From positions 2,914,001 through 2,978,000 of the forward strand of contig JBHGNT010000011.1 in NCBI GenBank assembly GCA_043228905.1: 64,000 bases of DNA. Direction: 5' to 3'. Source of the stretch: Azolla caroliniana. Taxonomy: Eukaryota > Plantae > Polypodiophyta. This document shows, one piece after another, positions 1-13,881 of this stretch. Under the pieces are notes generated by a model. It worked only from the letters and a program-made list of their open reading frames with translations. It did no database searches and was not told the DNA's origin. Each line of letters begins with the position of its first letter. Positions within the stretch are counted from its first letter, which is position 1. A program made the translations under genes and the position numbers.

Positions 1-1180
1 ATTGTATGTGGAGTTGGTAAGTTGCTCTAGATGTTCAAGAGTTTTACTAATGAATATTATAGCTGAAAATATGTACTTTAGCTAAGTCAAAATTATGTGT
101 AGAGAGATGTCAAGAATGGAAATGTGGGAAAACCAATCCCAAATTTGGTTGATAGTGGAACCAGGTTCCCATGCAATTCTTGGAAGTCTATATGATGAGG
201 TTTTTTTTAATGCTTATATATGTATTCCACAACCCTCTCCATGCCAATGATCTCAATGGGAACTGATTCAATGTCAAGTAGTCAGAGCATGTATGATGTC
301 TACATCTTGAGTTGGAAAAACTCATCCAAAAACACTCTTGGACATTTTTCAAATCATTCCAAGTAAAGTTAGAGATACTTCCACTCTTTAGAGAAGTATC
401 AATATTGCCAAAGCTTGTCAAAGTAGTGTTCCTTAAGAACCCAACATTTCACTTCTCCTTCGTTTCATATGTTGTCAAATGAATAGTAAACCATCTCTCC
501 CCCTTTCACATGGTGAGTGACATATAAGTTTGATACATTATTGTTCTAAACCTCAAGGCAAAGGTATCTGAAGCTTTCTACTTTTTGATATGGCCCATTG
601 TTGTACACAATGCTTCATTTTTCCTTACAAAGAATCTTTATAAGCGTAACCTTTATCTTGGAGCTATTGCCAACTCAATTATTATCCATGCAAAAGTTCT
701 AAATTAGGCATTCATAAGCTTTTGCTTCTCTTCTAAAAGTACCACATCTTGTGGCTATCAAAAAGCACAATAATTGCACTCCCAATGGCAGCTCTGCTTT
801 GTTGTTGTACAAACTCTATCCATATCCCAAAGAGAATTAGTTGGAATTAGAACTATTTGCTTAAGACAATAGTGGCCATAGAAAACCTTGAAACTTATAT
901 TGCTTAAATGCAAATGAAGTGTCACTTCCCATAGAATTGTATGAAGTATTACTTCCCATAATATTACAAGCATATACCACTCACTACTTGTTCTTCTATA
1001 CTATCTCCAAAGAAAATGAACCATAGCTTGTAAAGATATCTACCAAAATCAAAATTGTGGATTTGAAGTCTACCTAAAGAGTGTATCTATAGCTCAACTG
1101 TCAATCTAGGGGGTGACTCAACATAGGAGACTTGGGCCACACATTATCGTTTCTCTTCTCTTACCACCATATATATTCCA

Positions 1181-1354
1181 GATTACACTTGACCTACGCC
1201 TTTGATGAGTTTTAAGCTAATATATAGCTACAAAGGTTGCGCTTGCTCTTTCTCTCTCTCTCTCTCTTTCTCTCTCTCTTCGTAAATCAAGATTACACTT
1301 GACCTACGCCTTTGATGAGTTTTAAGCTAATATATAGCTACAAAGGTTGCGCTT

Positions 1355-1393
<39 letters not shown>

Positions 1394-1400
1394 AAATCAA
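1181..1400. repeat. 110-bp tandem duplication containing (CT)n
   Basis: GATTACACTTGACCTACGCC...CGTAAATCAA occurs at 1181 and again at 1291, nearly identical. Confidence 0.9.
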
Positions 1401-1505
1401 TGTTTGTTATTAAAACAATATGATAATACACCCTTTGCTATCTTCACTACATAAATAGTGATAGTGCAAGGTAAACCCTCTCAAGTGTTGTAAAACTAGA
1501 TGACA

Positions 1506-1544
<39 letters not shown>

Positions 1545-4500
1545 CATGCTCACCTTTACATGGGGTCTTGGGGTTTGTAGTTGATGTGATGGTGAAGAGG
1601 TTCCGCAACCACCAATGCTACTTCATGTGCCCTTTGCACTTAGTGTTTAGATCTTCAAGTTACACACTAAAAAACTTGGATCCACCTTTGTTGCTTTGTT
1701 GTAGGATCACATGTTAATTTTCATGCATCCTTATAATCCTTTACATATCTACCTTTCACTTGCATGCCTTGCCCTTCTAAAAGAGGAATCCAATAATTAG
1801 CTTCTTGTAGATAGTGTAAGGGTTGGGAGACCCCTCTTGTGCCCTCTACACTTAATGCTTGGAACATCGAGTTACAAATTATTAGTCTTGAATTAACCTT
1901 TGTTGTTGCACCTTAAGATTCTTTAAATTGATTTTCATGTATCACTATCCTCTACTTATCTGTCTTTCACACTTGATGATTGGCTTTGCCCTTTGAGAGC
2001 AAAGAGACAAGTTGGTTCAAATAGTGGTTCTTGAGTTTGTTCCTTCTACTCCTTGCATTCCCATTTGTAGTATATCAAATTTCTCTTCTAGTAACCTTTG
2101 AGGTGTTTACACAAACTATAATTTTAATTCTCCATTTTAGTTGGCAAAGAATTGGCATCCTTGCTTTTCGACAACCGGTGTTACGATGTAATTACGTTAT
2201 CATAAATATTACTCCTTTTCCATATGAAACCATTACTTTTAATAGTTCCAACTTCCAACTAATTTTCTTGGAAATTTATAGAAGATTATTAGTATCATAA
2301 CCATTAGAATTGAAATGATAACCAAAAGTTACAGTAGACGCAAAAATAGCATACAAAAGCTAAAAAAATATGTAACTCTTAATTTATCTTCATGTATGAA
2401 CTTGCTACACTTCAAAAAATTTCAAGCTATGGATTATATTGAACAATTGATACATCTTTGGTAACCATTTGTAAACACGTGACTATATGAGACACTAGTT
2501 ATTATTTGATAACCTTTTCCACCTATTCACTATTTGAATTTTGTTTAAATGCCGTACATCATGCCTATATGTATATCTACCATCGCGTTTTAGGTAAATA
2601 ATATCCAATGTTACCCAAATTCTTGTAGTTGGGGAGCTACAATTGCACATTAGGCCTCACAATACAACCTCATAATTTGCATGCCCATATAATGCTACAA
2701 CCATTGTGCATGCAAACCAAGGGAACATTTGGACCAAGTTCAAGAATCTCCCCGTGTATCAGGGAGCTCTTCCATTGTGCATGCAGCCCCGTGGCCTCGT
2801 TTTTATAAGTTACATGGTTACAATACCCATATAATGCTACAACCATTGGGCATGCAATCAATCATTTTTATAAGTTACATGGTCAATTTTAAATCCATAT
2901 GTGTAATGTTTTTATTGGAAAGACAAATCCCTCAAGTGTAAGGAACATCCCTTGAGCGTAAGAAGCCCAAGTCCTCATTTTCAATCTAGTGTCGTCTTAC
3001 AAAATGCAATGATGCTATTGTAAAACCATGGGTTGCGGAAATGAGTCTGTAAATGATTAGTTCACTCCCATTCATACAATGCATGTCGCATGAGACACAT
3101 TTCTTTGAACTTGAACCCATTGTATCATTAACATTACAGAGTATAAAAATGATTTACCATGATGACCTCACATTTAAGTAAATACATTTGTCATTGTAAT
3201 TGCTGATGATTTTCTAAAAGAAACTTTTAGTTGATCATGACCTTCTCTAGACATTCATATAGAAATACACATATACACATGTACATATGTAATTGCCATT
3301 AATCTATAAATCCTTTCAATGTACATATACTAAAGTGTTGTTTCAACATTGTGCCTTTTCTTGAGGGACATGATACTATAAAAGAATCAATCACTGGTGA
3401 CTTTAGAAGACCTAGATAATGGGTTGTCATCTCAAACTTTGACACAATGTTACGACCACTGTAACATATGGTGTATCTTTATAAGACATTATTCCTTGCC
3501 TATGGAGTTGTAAAACCATTTGTGTGGGTTGAAAGAATGTGAATTGAGAGAGATTGCATGCGTAGTCATGCAATGTATGTTCGAATGTATAAATGGGGGA
3601 TTCATCCCTAGTTGATATAAAGTAGATCAATGCTAGTCTTATTACTAATTCATTCTTAATACTATCTTAATCTTTGTTCTCTTATTTGTTTGTCAGTCAA
3701 CCTCTCCTAAACCCAAAACCCAAATCCAATAACAAGAGAACATATGGAATGACAAAGAAATTAAATATTGGATTCTCAAGAAATACCTCTTGGAAACTTT
3801 TGTAATATTGGTGTTTTTCGTAGGGGTTGACTAGGCATGGGGAAGTAGCATCCCTAAATCCACATGGGAAGAGTTTCAAAATGCCCAAACACCATACATA
3901 CTCCTACTCCAATCACATACAAAAGTAGCTTCATGATGTACATTGCAAATGAACCTATCTGCATATGATAATTGGGAATCCGTGTAAAGAGAAGTGGGAG
4001 AAGAAACATCATCTTCCTTCATAGTCATCTAAATTTACCTTTCTCTAAAAGATGAAATAGAGTGTGAAAAGGAGAGTTTTGTGTTAAAGAGTGTTAGTGG
4101 GAAAAAGGTAAAGGGAGATTGCAATTTACCCCACCCACATACAAGAAAAAATCTAGGAAAAGAATGTTATATAAAAATAAAATAAAATAAAATCTCATAA
4201 AATGTAAAGATATAAAGCAAGATTTATGTGTTTTAACTTTTACCCCTCCATCAAACTTCTTGTTCATAGGTCTTATGGAGTTCACACATGTGTTTTCCAT
4301 TTCCCACATGATCATGGTTTTTATGTTCATTTCTTTTCTCCTCTACTAAAAACACACGATTCCTTTAAGGAATGCCAAACCTAAATATAGCACAAGAAAG
4401 ACAACCAAAACATCCAATAGGAGTCTAGGTTGGAGATAATGAAGAAAAGAATATAGAGGAACTCTTCGTTTTGACAAACACGGGTAGATAGACAGGTTCT

Positions 4501-5335
4501 ATTATTGTCGTCGTACATTAAAATTGACCTATGGGATTGTCATTTATTGATCTTGGGATTAAGAATCGGGTAGCTATTATTTTTCTTGGGGAAATTTGGG
4601 TGGCAGCAAGGAAGAAAATGTACTATTTTTGGAAAAAGAGAGGAAGAAAATGTACTAGCTTCACCCTTGAGCTAGTTCTGGAGAATCTTCGAAGAACACA
4701 AGCTTCACCCTTTAATCTTCCTTGTTATTTGGGGCATCTTAACTCCTAATCGTATCTCTACTAGAGTTTCCCTTGGTTTATGTCCTCATGAATTTTCAAG
4801 CTTTGGTGACGATATATTATAGAGTATAATATACAAGATTAAATTTTGAAATATTGCAATTAAAGTAAAATATCGTATTATATTTCTCTAACTCTATTTA
4901 AGAAATTTACGTCTCACTTTAATAGTCCCATGTAACATTTAGGATCAAAATTAATTTGTTTTTAATAAAACCAACACCAAATGTAACCACGCTAAGGAGC
5001 CACTACGATGCAATAAGGGGCAGATCCAATGGAGCCGAAAGACAACAATTAGCCTTCATCCAACAATGGTTGTCCTCTCTCTTTCTTGAGTCAGTAGGCC
5101 TCCACATATGATGGAACTATCGAGTCACTTCTAGGATTTGTATATAACATTCTCAGTTGTAAAATTTTTTAACTAATGGAATGGGTTTTGTTTTTTGAAA
5201 AAAAACACCAAATATAACCCATCTCAATAACAACAAAAGCATGCAATCTCTATAATCAGGTCAACGCAAAGTCAATAATATTAACAAATTAGCAACTATT
5301 GTAACAAATTTGGGAATTAAAAGCATTGCATGTAG

Positions 5336-7992
5336 TTTTTTATTTTTTATTTTTCCAAAATAAAACTCCTTCCATTAGTTATAAAATTTTACAAATGAGA
5401 CGATTATGTGCAAATCCCTGAAGGGACGCGATAGTTCCATCTTATGTGGATGCCCACTGACTCAAGAAAGGGAGAGGACGACCATTGTTGGATGAAGGCT
5501 ATTCGTTGTCTTTCAACTCCCTCGGAGCTACCCTTAAGGCCATCATATTGTCTCTTCAGAGTGGCTACAATTTCACTCCATATCTCTTGCAGTAACCTTG
5601 TTGGATGTGCGGTTTGGTTGGAGAAGACTCGCCTACATCGTTGTTTCCATAAAATCCAAAGGGTTATTGGGCTGACCAATTCCAACACCTCTTGAGATTT
5701 GTCATTAAGAGGAATGGAGTGGACATTGCCGCTGGAGGAGAAAAGGACCTCTTGTGCTTTTATCACCAAAGCCATCCCCTCCTCTTGATGCTCGTATCTG
5801 CCAATTGCAGCCTGCCATTATAACCAACATATATTTCCCCACTTGATTGAGCCTTGCACCTGGCATAATTGCAACAAGCGGCCAACCCCCTGCCATATTC
5901 GATGGGACGTTGGGCAGTCCCATAGAGTGTGTCGTATGGATTCTACTGCATGTGGGCACTCTACACAATTAGGAGAGCTAAGGTTCCCATGTTGCCATGC
6001 TCCCACCGGTAGGGACTTATGTATTAATAACCATTGGAACGTGGTAATACGCCTCACATGTTGTTGTTGCCAGATTTTCTGCCAAAACTTGGTGATTATT
6101 GTGGAAGGAACTTGAAATGTGTGCCAGACCTTCGCAGCAGCTGGTTTTAGGGCGGCTTGAGCACCTAGAATGTGGCGACCCAATCTAGTTGTGAATTGGA
6201 AGAAAGGGATGGGTTTGCTTCCTTGCCTTGCGCGTAGGGATCACACCATGTCCATTGCAAAGGGTCCCAACTGACCTTACGTAGCCATGTGTTTTCATGA
6301 GTACATATATGCCAATCGGGTTGTACTTTGATCGGATCAGGATCTACAATCCATTTATGACTAGTATACGTGAGTACTCGAATTGCGTTATTCTGTGTTG
6401 GAGTCTCAGTGTCTCGCAATTCAGAGCCTTCGAGTCTGTCTGGTGGTCCCCTACCTCTCGGGATCAGAGATCCCTCCTCCTCATGGCCTATCCATTTCTC
6501 CATTGTCGTCCTTTGAGTAGCAAATTCCCTAATCAGTAGAGCATTAATGATTTCCGATCTCATAGTCCATCTGCCCCTGATTCCATGGAGTATGTTCGCC
6601 TGATCTTGTCGTGGCCTTGACATAAACCGTTGCCAACATTCTATAGTTTTTCCTGGACCTTCTGCAATGTATCCCCATGACAACCCCTTACGTGATTCCA
6701 GTAGTTGATTAGATTCATCCTTGAGACATGGGTTCCATAGGATACGTTGACTGCGCCAGGCAGGTTCCGATCTCGGTTGATCACACTTGAGCCCTCGGCG
6801 AATGTCACACCATGCCTTCCACATGGATGCACTAAATCTATCCTCCAATTGGTGGGAGAAACTAGGTTTGAGATCCATGTTTAGAATCCATCCCGTTTGG
6901 GGGGCCCAATTGACCCCTTTTCGTGGCCTAAAGTAAGCGAAACGTAACCTCAGTAGCATTTTCCAACAATCATTTCCTGGTTGGAGTCCTCGCACCACAA
7001 ATTTGGCAAGTAAGGCTTTCGATTGTGAAAGGGGATCAATAAGACTCAATCCCCCTTTCGACTTAAGCGCTGTGAGTATAGGCCACGCCACCTTGGCGCA
7101 AGCTACATGGTCTTCCTTACTAGACCAAATGTAGTTGCGGACCAGTCGTTGAATCTGATGTATACTTTGCTTGGAGATTGTCCAACATGAGAGATTTTAC
7201 CATGCTGTTGCGATTAGTACCTGATTTGCCACTATGATGCGACCCGCTAGTGACAATTTTTTCGAGCTCCAATGTATCAACTTTTGTCGAATGGAATGGA
7301 TAACGGGTGCAATCATAGTCTCCGACGGTATGTTGAAACCAATTTGGAAACCCAAATATTTGGTGCTTGCTCCTTGATTGATCCATTTGAAAGCGGGGTT
7401 TGGGTGCCACGCCGGATGTGTTTCCTGAGAGAGCCATATTGCGCAGGATTTGTGCCAATTGATCATGGCGTTGGATCTCTTGCAAAATACAACTAGCCCA
7501 CTTTCTAGCTTTTGGAGGTTTTCCAAGTCCCCTTGAAGGAAGATTGCTATGTCATCTGCAAATTCTATATCTAGGATGCTTTGGTGAGAATGAGGTATGG
7601 GAAGACCACGTAGGTTGAGATGCCGCGAGTTGAGAAAGCAATAGAGTGCTTCGGTGTATAATAGAAATAAGGATGGAGCTAGTGGGCATCCCTGCCGTAC
7701 AGATCGAGATATTCGGAAAAAGGGGCCCCTTTCACCTGCCAACGGAATGCAAATGCTGCCATTCCTATAAAATCCTGCAATGCCTTTGATCCATGTCTAT
7801 TGAAAGCCGAGTTTCCTCATCACACTTTCTAGAAAGCTCTAACATACCCTGTCATATGCTTTCTTAAAGGCTAGTAGCACCACCGCTACCTTGTTGTTGG
7901 TATGCTTGGCAAGGGCTACTACTTCCCAGAATGAGAAGAGATTGTCTAGGAGGCTCCGATTTCTAACAAAACCTGTCTGGGACGGATGAATT
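5336..7992 (-). mobile_element. 5'-truncated, decayed L1-clade LINE (RT + zf-RVT)
   Basis: Broken ORFs with IHPSQTGFV, SVRQGCPLAPSLF, FADD, KYLG, GGLSL, CVECPHAVESIRHTLWDC and LWILWKQRCRRVF. A-rich tail near 5336-5354 on the - strand. Confidence 0.9.
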
Positions 7993-8200
7993 GCAAACAT
8001 TTTTTACTAATACAAACATTTAAAAGTACTTACATATTAAGATGTACCAAACTCTTCGAATTCCATTTCAGCAAAAAATGGTGAAATGCAACTTAGTCTT
8101 CGACTAAAAAGGAAGAAAATGCTATGTACTCACTTTTAACTTGTAACTATATTTTTGATAGCAAACATGGTCAGTTTAGTTAAGGTAGATGGAAGAGGGT

Positions 8201-8416
8201 AAAAATATTTGCTTGCGAGGATTTTCTAATAATTTCGAGTTTAAGGTGTATAATTTAAGCATTTTTTAATATTCATGAGATTTGGAGTTTTCTTTCTTTT
8301 ATGTATAGACAGCCTACAGGGAAAAATATTTGCTTGAGATGATTTTCTAATAATATCGAGTTTAAGGTGTATATTTAAGGCATTTTTTAATATTCATGAG
8401 ATTTGGAGTTTTCTTT
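8201..8416. repeat. ~122-bp tandem duplication
   Basis: AAAATATTTGCTTG...CATGAGATTTGGAGTTTTCTTT is present twice. Confidence 0.8.
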
Positions 8417-8575
8417 ATGCAAGTATAGACAATACGTATTTTTTGCACCGTGTCAAGTACAATATTAAACAAGAAATGAGTAATTTAGTAAAGTAAATCT
8501 AAGGTATAGTTTATACAATAACATTTATGAGATATTATACATACCTAAACATTAAAGACATGCACACAAACAACC

Positions 8576-9040
8576 CTACCCATGGCCATTATATCTATCC
8601 AAAGCTACTATTCAAATTCTAATCGGTAGATTCCAAGTTGGTTATGGCCTTGCTAGATCGAAACGTGAAGCTACAAGAGAAATGTGGATCTACAATTTGC
8701 ATCCCCACATAGTATAGACGACTACCCATGGCCATTATATCTATCCAAAGCTACTATTCAAACTCTAATCGGTAGATTCCAAGTTGGTTATGGCCTTGCT
8801 AGATCGAAATGTGAAGCTACAAGAGAAATGTGGATCTATAATTTGCATCCCCACATAGTATAGATGAACCATCAACCACTTGATCTATTTGAACATAACC
8901 TACCCCAACCTCAAATACAAGGTCAAACTCCTCAACCAATTGATCCAAAGACTATTCCAAGAGCATTTAGACTACACTAAAAGAGTATTGTGACATGTAA
9001 AGGAACCGTTGATTGTGGTATAGTTCATGAAGCAAGCGTT
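8576..9040 (+). mobile_element. Degenerate copia RT fragment with internal 146-bp tandem duplication
   Basis: Unit CTACCCATGGCC...ATAGTATAGA at 8576 and 8722. It encodes LDRNVKL and IYLNIT-like remnants similar to the copia RT at 45050-45313. Confidence 0.65.
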
Positions 9041-11092
9041 TTCATTCACCTACATCAAGGTTTCTAGTCTCCTTATGTAGGGGCAACCCTCTATTGGATC
9101 AATAAGTAACAACTTATTATGGTATTTTGTAGCATATAGGACAAACATGTGGGCAATGTAGTTGCCATATGGGAAGCCATTTAGCTTGAACAAACCGTGA
9201 AGGACTTTAATGCTCAAATCAATAAGCCATCTCAAATCTTGTGAGACATAGTTAAGCTGGACAGGCATTTTTAGAAGTCACACTCAACCATAGATTTATT
9301 GGAGAATGCATGCTAAAGTCCACCTTTGTTGGAAGTGCTAGGGAAAATGTTCTTGCAATTAAATGCATTGGGTGCCACCAATATTTCCCCACTCTCTAAT
9401 CAAGATTTATAGGCCTATGCTTCATTGTGAGTACACAAGAGAAGCTATATATAAACCAAGTTCCCAATATACAACAATGTTTGATCAATGTAACCTCTAC
9501 TTCTTTGTCTATTTCTTTATCGTAATTACCTTTCCCCAGTAGTAAGTTGTTGCACTACTAGCATTACATCTTGGATTTGAAACCCTCTCCATACATATAT
9601 ATCCTCTTAATTGATTAGATGCCACTGTGGAATGTAGGGTTGAACCCATGACCTCTTGGTCTCCATCTCTTTCTCTCTCTCTCTCATACACATAGCTTCT
9701 ATTATCTCATGCATTGCTTAATGATCCTTCAAAGCTTCCATATTTATTCAGAAAATTTTCTACGAAACAATATAGACTCATGAATTGATGACAAAAGTTT
9801 CCATCCTCTACATTATATCCTATGTTTCTAACATAGACACAAGAATTGATTAAAAAGTTTCCATCCTTTATACACTCCACTATATCCTATATTTCTAACA
9901 TAGACTCAGGAAATGAGAACAAAGTTTCCATCCATCATACACTCCAAACAAGCTTATTGCATGCCAAGTACTTTGTAACACATGTCCAATACTCCCTTCT
10001 TTCGTATGTGGTGTCACACATAAGACAACTTTGTTGTAATAAAATATTAACTGGAACAATGGCTAATAGCTTATGTGTGATCACCATCCACTATAACTGT
10101 TCACAAATCCTTTCTGTTGTCATCATGGGTTTTGGCTATCCATGTTGATCTGCCTCGTGCATATTCCGCTCCCTAGACCGTGCACAATACAAACTAGCCG
10201 ATCCAATCCATCATTTTTACACTCAAAGTTTAGCTCAGGTAATACTACCGGAGATATGTTCCTAGTATTAACATTCCTTCCCAAGGGTTCCTAGTTGACA
10301 CCATACTTTGAGTGACGTTCTATCGCAAAATTTTTTGATCTCGTCTCCAGCCAACAGGCCACTCTTGTGCAACCTGCATGAAACCAGAGAATGCCAAATA
10401 CAAGTAAAAGTGGGAATCGATAAAACAATACTAGAGATGAACAAAAAGAATCACGATTGATAGCGAATCATGGTGAAACGGAATTATATTACACTATACA
10501 AAGCCTCCACTGGCAGTCACTTGATGATTACACTCTTATTTACGCTACCGCCTTAAACAGTACACAGAACAAATCACTGATTTGGGTATCTTACATATGC
10601 TACATGGCAATTCACTATACCACCATTCAGTTTTCACGGAGGAAAGGTCTTGCAACTAGGACTAATGGCAACATTACCATTAATGACTTGAGCTCCTGAA
10701 GAAAATTAGAGCTCATAAATGCATCCAAAAGAGAAGAGTTCTCAATGATAATGTTGTAGTAGTAAACATTGTCATCACCAGTGATGCTCATGGCTTCATC
10801 CTCCTGAACAGGGAAGTTCATATCAAATTCACTATTGTTCTAAATTCTCCCCATGTCTATTTGTAGGTTCTATAATCAAATATTGGGGATCATTGTTGGT
10901 TGTTATACCACCGTAACCTTCACAACATGGTTAAGCTCAATCTCATCAGAGAATCCCAATGCTTCAGCATACTCAAATCTGTTAGTTAACTGATTTGTGT
11001 TGTGCAATTCCTTCTCAGGATAAGAATCATGAGAATGAAAGCCTACCAGATACATGAGATCTGGCCATATTCATACATTCATACAAGCATTT

Positions 11093-11973
11093 TCATATTA
11101 GAACTTCATCATGGATCACATCCAAGTTATCTGGTTTCTTTGGCTCCGATCCTACCTCAGAGCTCAGATTATTTCCTTCTCCATTCATCGATGCCAATAT
11201 CGAATCCTCTTGCTCATCAGACTCATACTCTGGATATCTAATAGGCAAACCCAGAGCGGAATATGAGAGAATCTCTGGATTTGTTAACTTATCCAAATTT
11301 AAGCCTTCTTTTCCATTTACTTTTTCGCCTTCGATTCCATATGCTTCGGCATCATACGCTGCAGTTATATAATCTTCTTCTTCATCCTCATCTTCGATTG
11401 TAGGCTTAGCCACAGGTATAATAGTTCCACTATAGCTTCCATCTTTATTTCTCTTAATCCTTTCCCTCACGACGGGTACTAATGCATCCAGAATCTCGAG
11501 AAGTATCTCATCGTCGAGAGAGAAACCTTTACTTATTGCGGTATCCATCACCCTGTGCCGAAACTCTTCTTCCGTAACATTTTCGAGTATCGAGAAATCG
11601 ACAGACGAAACACCAGAATTCAACTCATTGAGCTTTCTTAAAGCACTCTGTTGAGCATCAATGGAAGCTCCTGGAAAAGGAACTAATCCGAAAAAGGATC
11701 CAACAACACTGCTTTCCATTCCTGGAGATGAAGCAAGAATAGAGGCATCATCATAACTTTCAATACTAGCAAAGTTTCTCATATCTTTGTTTTCTTCTTC
11801 AATACCATCTTTACAGTCATCTTCTTCTTTAGCTTCATCGTCTTCTTCATCAATATCATCGGAAATGCGTGCCCGAATAGCAGGAAAACTCGGATTCAAA
11901 GAGGTTGTAATCTTGTTTCCAAGCATATTCTCTGCATCTACAAAATCTCCTTTAGATACAACTTCCTTATTAC

Positions 11974-12006
<33 letters not shown>

Positions 12007-12142
12007 TTCTTCTCGATTCTTCCACTTCTTCACCATGCTTTTCTGTTTCATCTATCAACGAAATACCTTCCACGGAATTGTCAGGGAGTGTGTTTTCTTC
12101 TTGTTGAGGAAGAAGAAGGGCAGAGGTATTGCCCAAATCCAT
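11093..12142 (-). CDS. Highly acidic 349-aa ORF (poly-Asp), function unknown; weak resemblance to a Toc159-family A-domain; possibly a truncated gene
   Basis: Long D/E-rich ORF, CT-rich region upstream, (TCA)n at ~11975-12006. Further acidic reading-frame fragments with stops at 10670-11060 and a candidate acceptor near 10375. Confidence 0.55.
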
Positions 12143-12375
12143 GATGTCAAAACGCTTCCTTTTCTGAGAGTGTTACAGATTGAACATCGGACAAGAGGAA
12201 GTGTGGAGACAGGGCTTACCAGATACCCTGCTTCTCTCTCTTCTTATCTTCTCGGAGTCCCATAGTATGAACCATACGTACCCTACGTGCATTTGCGTAT
12301 GGTAAACACTCTCAAAGTATGGTAAATACCATACTTTTGTATTCATTATTTATTATAAGGTAAATTGTTTGATAA

Positions 12376-13881
12376 TGTGGTGGTCACATGGACCACACCT
12401 AGATTAGGCCCCTACCAAGCCCCATGCACCACACATAGACCACACCCAAATTAGGCCCCTACCAAGCCTCATGCACCACACCCAAACTAGGCCCCCACCA
12501 AGCCCCATAATTAGTAGAGCTAATTGGAGCGGGAGAACACCCTCCACGCTAAGAGAGAGTCTATAAAATGTAACTTGAGACATAATGAAAGGAAGGCTAT
12601 TCTTGAGAGCATTTCACATCTTGAGCATTTCACATCTTGGTTGCGTCAGCTAATTGGATGTTCTGCTTCTGTTGGTGATTCTGCCACTTTCGGCAGTGAC
12701 GCCGAATGTGGCCATAGTTGTTGCAATAGAAACATTTGGGGCGTCCCTGGCTGTCTCGTTCGGGCAATGCACGCTTGACATGTAATTGCGCGTTCTGGAT
12801 GTCGATGTCCATGGGAGTGACGGCTGGTATAGTGTTTGTATGATCATGACTAAGATTACCTGGTGTGTGCATGTCGTGCGCGTCTGCAGCTTCGATGCAT
12901 TGGGCAGTGAGGATGGCTTCGTGTAGTGTCGTCGGGCCTTGATCACATACACGGCGGCGGAGGTCATGTCGTATACGCGGCCAGAAAAAAAACAACTTCA
13001 TGTCCTCCGACATGTTGGCATCAGCTCGGCGTAGGATCTGCACAAAACGAACCGCGAACTGGGTGATGGGTTCGCTTGGTTGTTGGGTAATTGACTCAAG
13101 TTGTTGTAGGGCCGTCTGGCGGGAGTCTTGATGAGCAAAATTCCGAATCATGGCTGCCTGTAATAGATCCCAGTCGTTGCGTGTCTCTTCGGGTTGTTGT
13201 ACAAGCCATGTTGCCGCGATATTCTCGAGGAGTGTCTTCATCTCCATTGCCTTCCGAGGGTGTGGCCACTGGTGGTAACTGGCCACCATTTCGAAATGAT
13301 CCAGCCAAGAGAGGACGTCTTCCGATGGTAGGCCGGAGAACGGTTTTGGGCGAACTCGAGAGTCCGGGAGATTTTGTTGTGGCTCGGATCGTGCTGAAAG
13401 AAAGGACAACATGGCTTGGTTAGTATGGTTAACTTGTAAAATGATGTTGGACAGAGCTTGAACCAGTTGGTCGATTGGCGATGTGGGCTGGTGTCCTTGA
13501 TTGTGTTGTAGGAATTCCGGATTCATCGAGTTTGCGTTGCCGTCATTGTTGTCGTGTTGCATCGTGGCGGGCGTTGTTGGGGTCGTGAGTTGGGGTGGCT
13601 TGGCCCGTCTTCTCCACCAAGATGTGAAATGCTCAAGATGTGAAATGCTCTCAAGAATAGCCTTCCTTTCATTATGTCTCAAGTTACATTTTATAGACTC
13701 TCTCTTAGCGTGGAGGGTGTTCTCCCGCTCCAATTAGCTCTACTAATTATGGGGCTTGGTGGGGGCCTAGTTTGGGTGTGGTGCATGAGGCTTGGTAGGG
13801 GCCTAATTTGGGTGTGGTCTATGTGTGGTGCATGGGGCTTGGTAGGGGCCTAATCTAGGTGTGGTCCATGTGACCACCACA
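12376..13881 (-). mobile_element. Gag-only gypsy-type LTR element with inverted LTRs, TSD ATAA
   Basis: 259-bp TG...CA repeat at 12376-12634 (+) and 13623-13881 (-), apparently identical. ATAA at 12372-12375 and 13882-13885. PBS TGGTGGAGAAGACGGGC follows the right LTR on the - strand. Confidence 0.9.
12630..13562 (-). CDS. gag: Retrotransposon Gag (capsid + CCHC knuckle), uninterrupted
   Basis: PKPFSG..SEDVLSWLDHFE, QQPSEPITQFAVRF, VTPMDID and CFYCNNYGHIRRHC. The stop codon lies inside the inverted LTR. Confidence 0.85.
   Translation of the reverse strand: MQHDNNDGNANSMNPEFLQHNQGHQPTSPIDQLVQALSNIILQVNHTNQAMLSFLSARSEPQQNLPDSRVRPKPFSGLPSEDVLSWLDHFEMVASYHQWPHPRKAMEMKTLLENIAATWLVQQPEETRNDWDLLQAAMIRNFAHQDSRQTALQQLESITQQPSEPITQFAVRFVQILRRADANMSEDMKLFFFWPRIRHDLRRRVCDQGPTTLHEAILTAQCIEAADAHDMHTPGNLSHDHTNTIPAVTPMDIDIQNAQLHVKRALPERDSQGRPKCFYCNNYGHIRRHCRKWQNHQQKQNIQLADATKM

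Noticed and set aside
188-973. Possible hAT transposase remnant (HWECNYC, BED-finger-like)
   Set aside because: Only one short motif; no downstream transposase motifs could be read confidently
9637-9655. B-box GGTCATGGGTTCAACCC on the - strand
   Set aside because: No matching A box at the expected distance
12376-13881. DIRS element or MITE
   Set aside because: No tyrosine recombinase or RT. The repeats have LTR features (TG...CA, TATA, adjacent PBS) and a TSD
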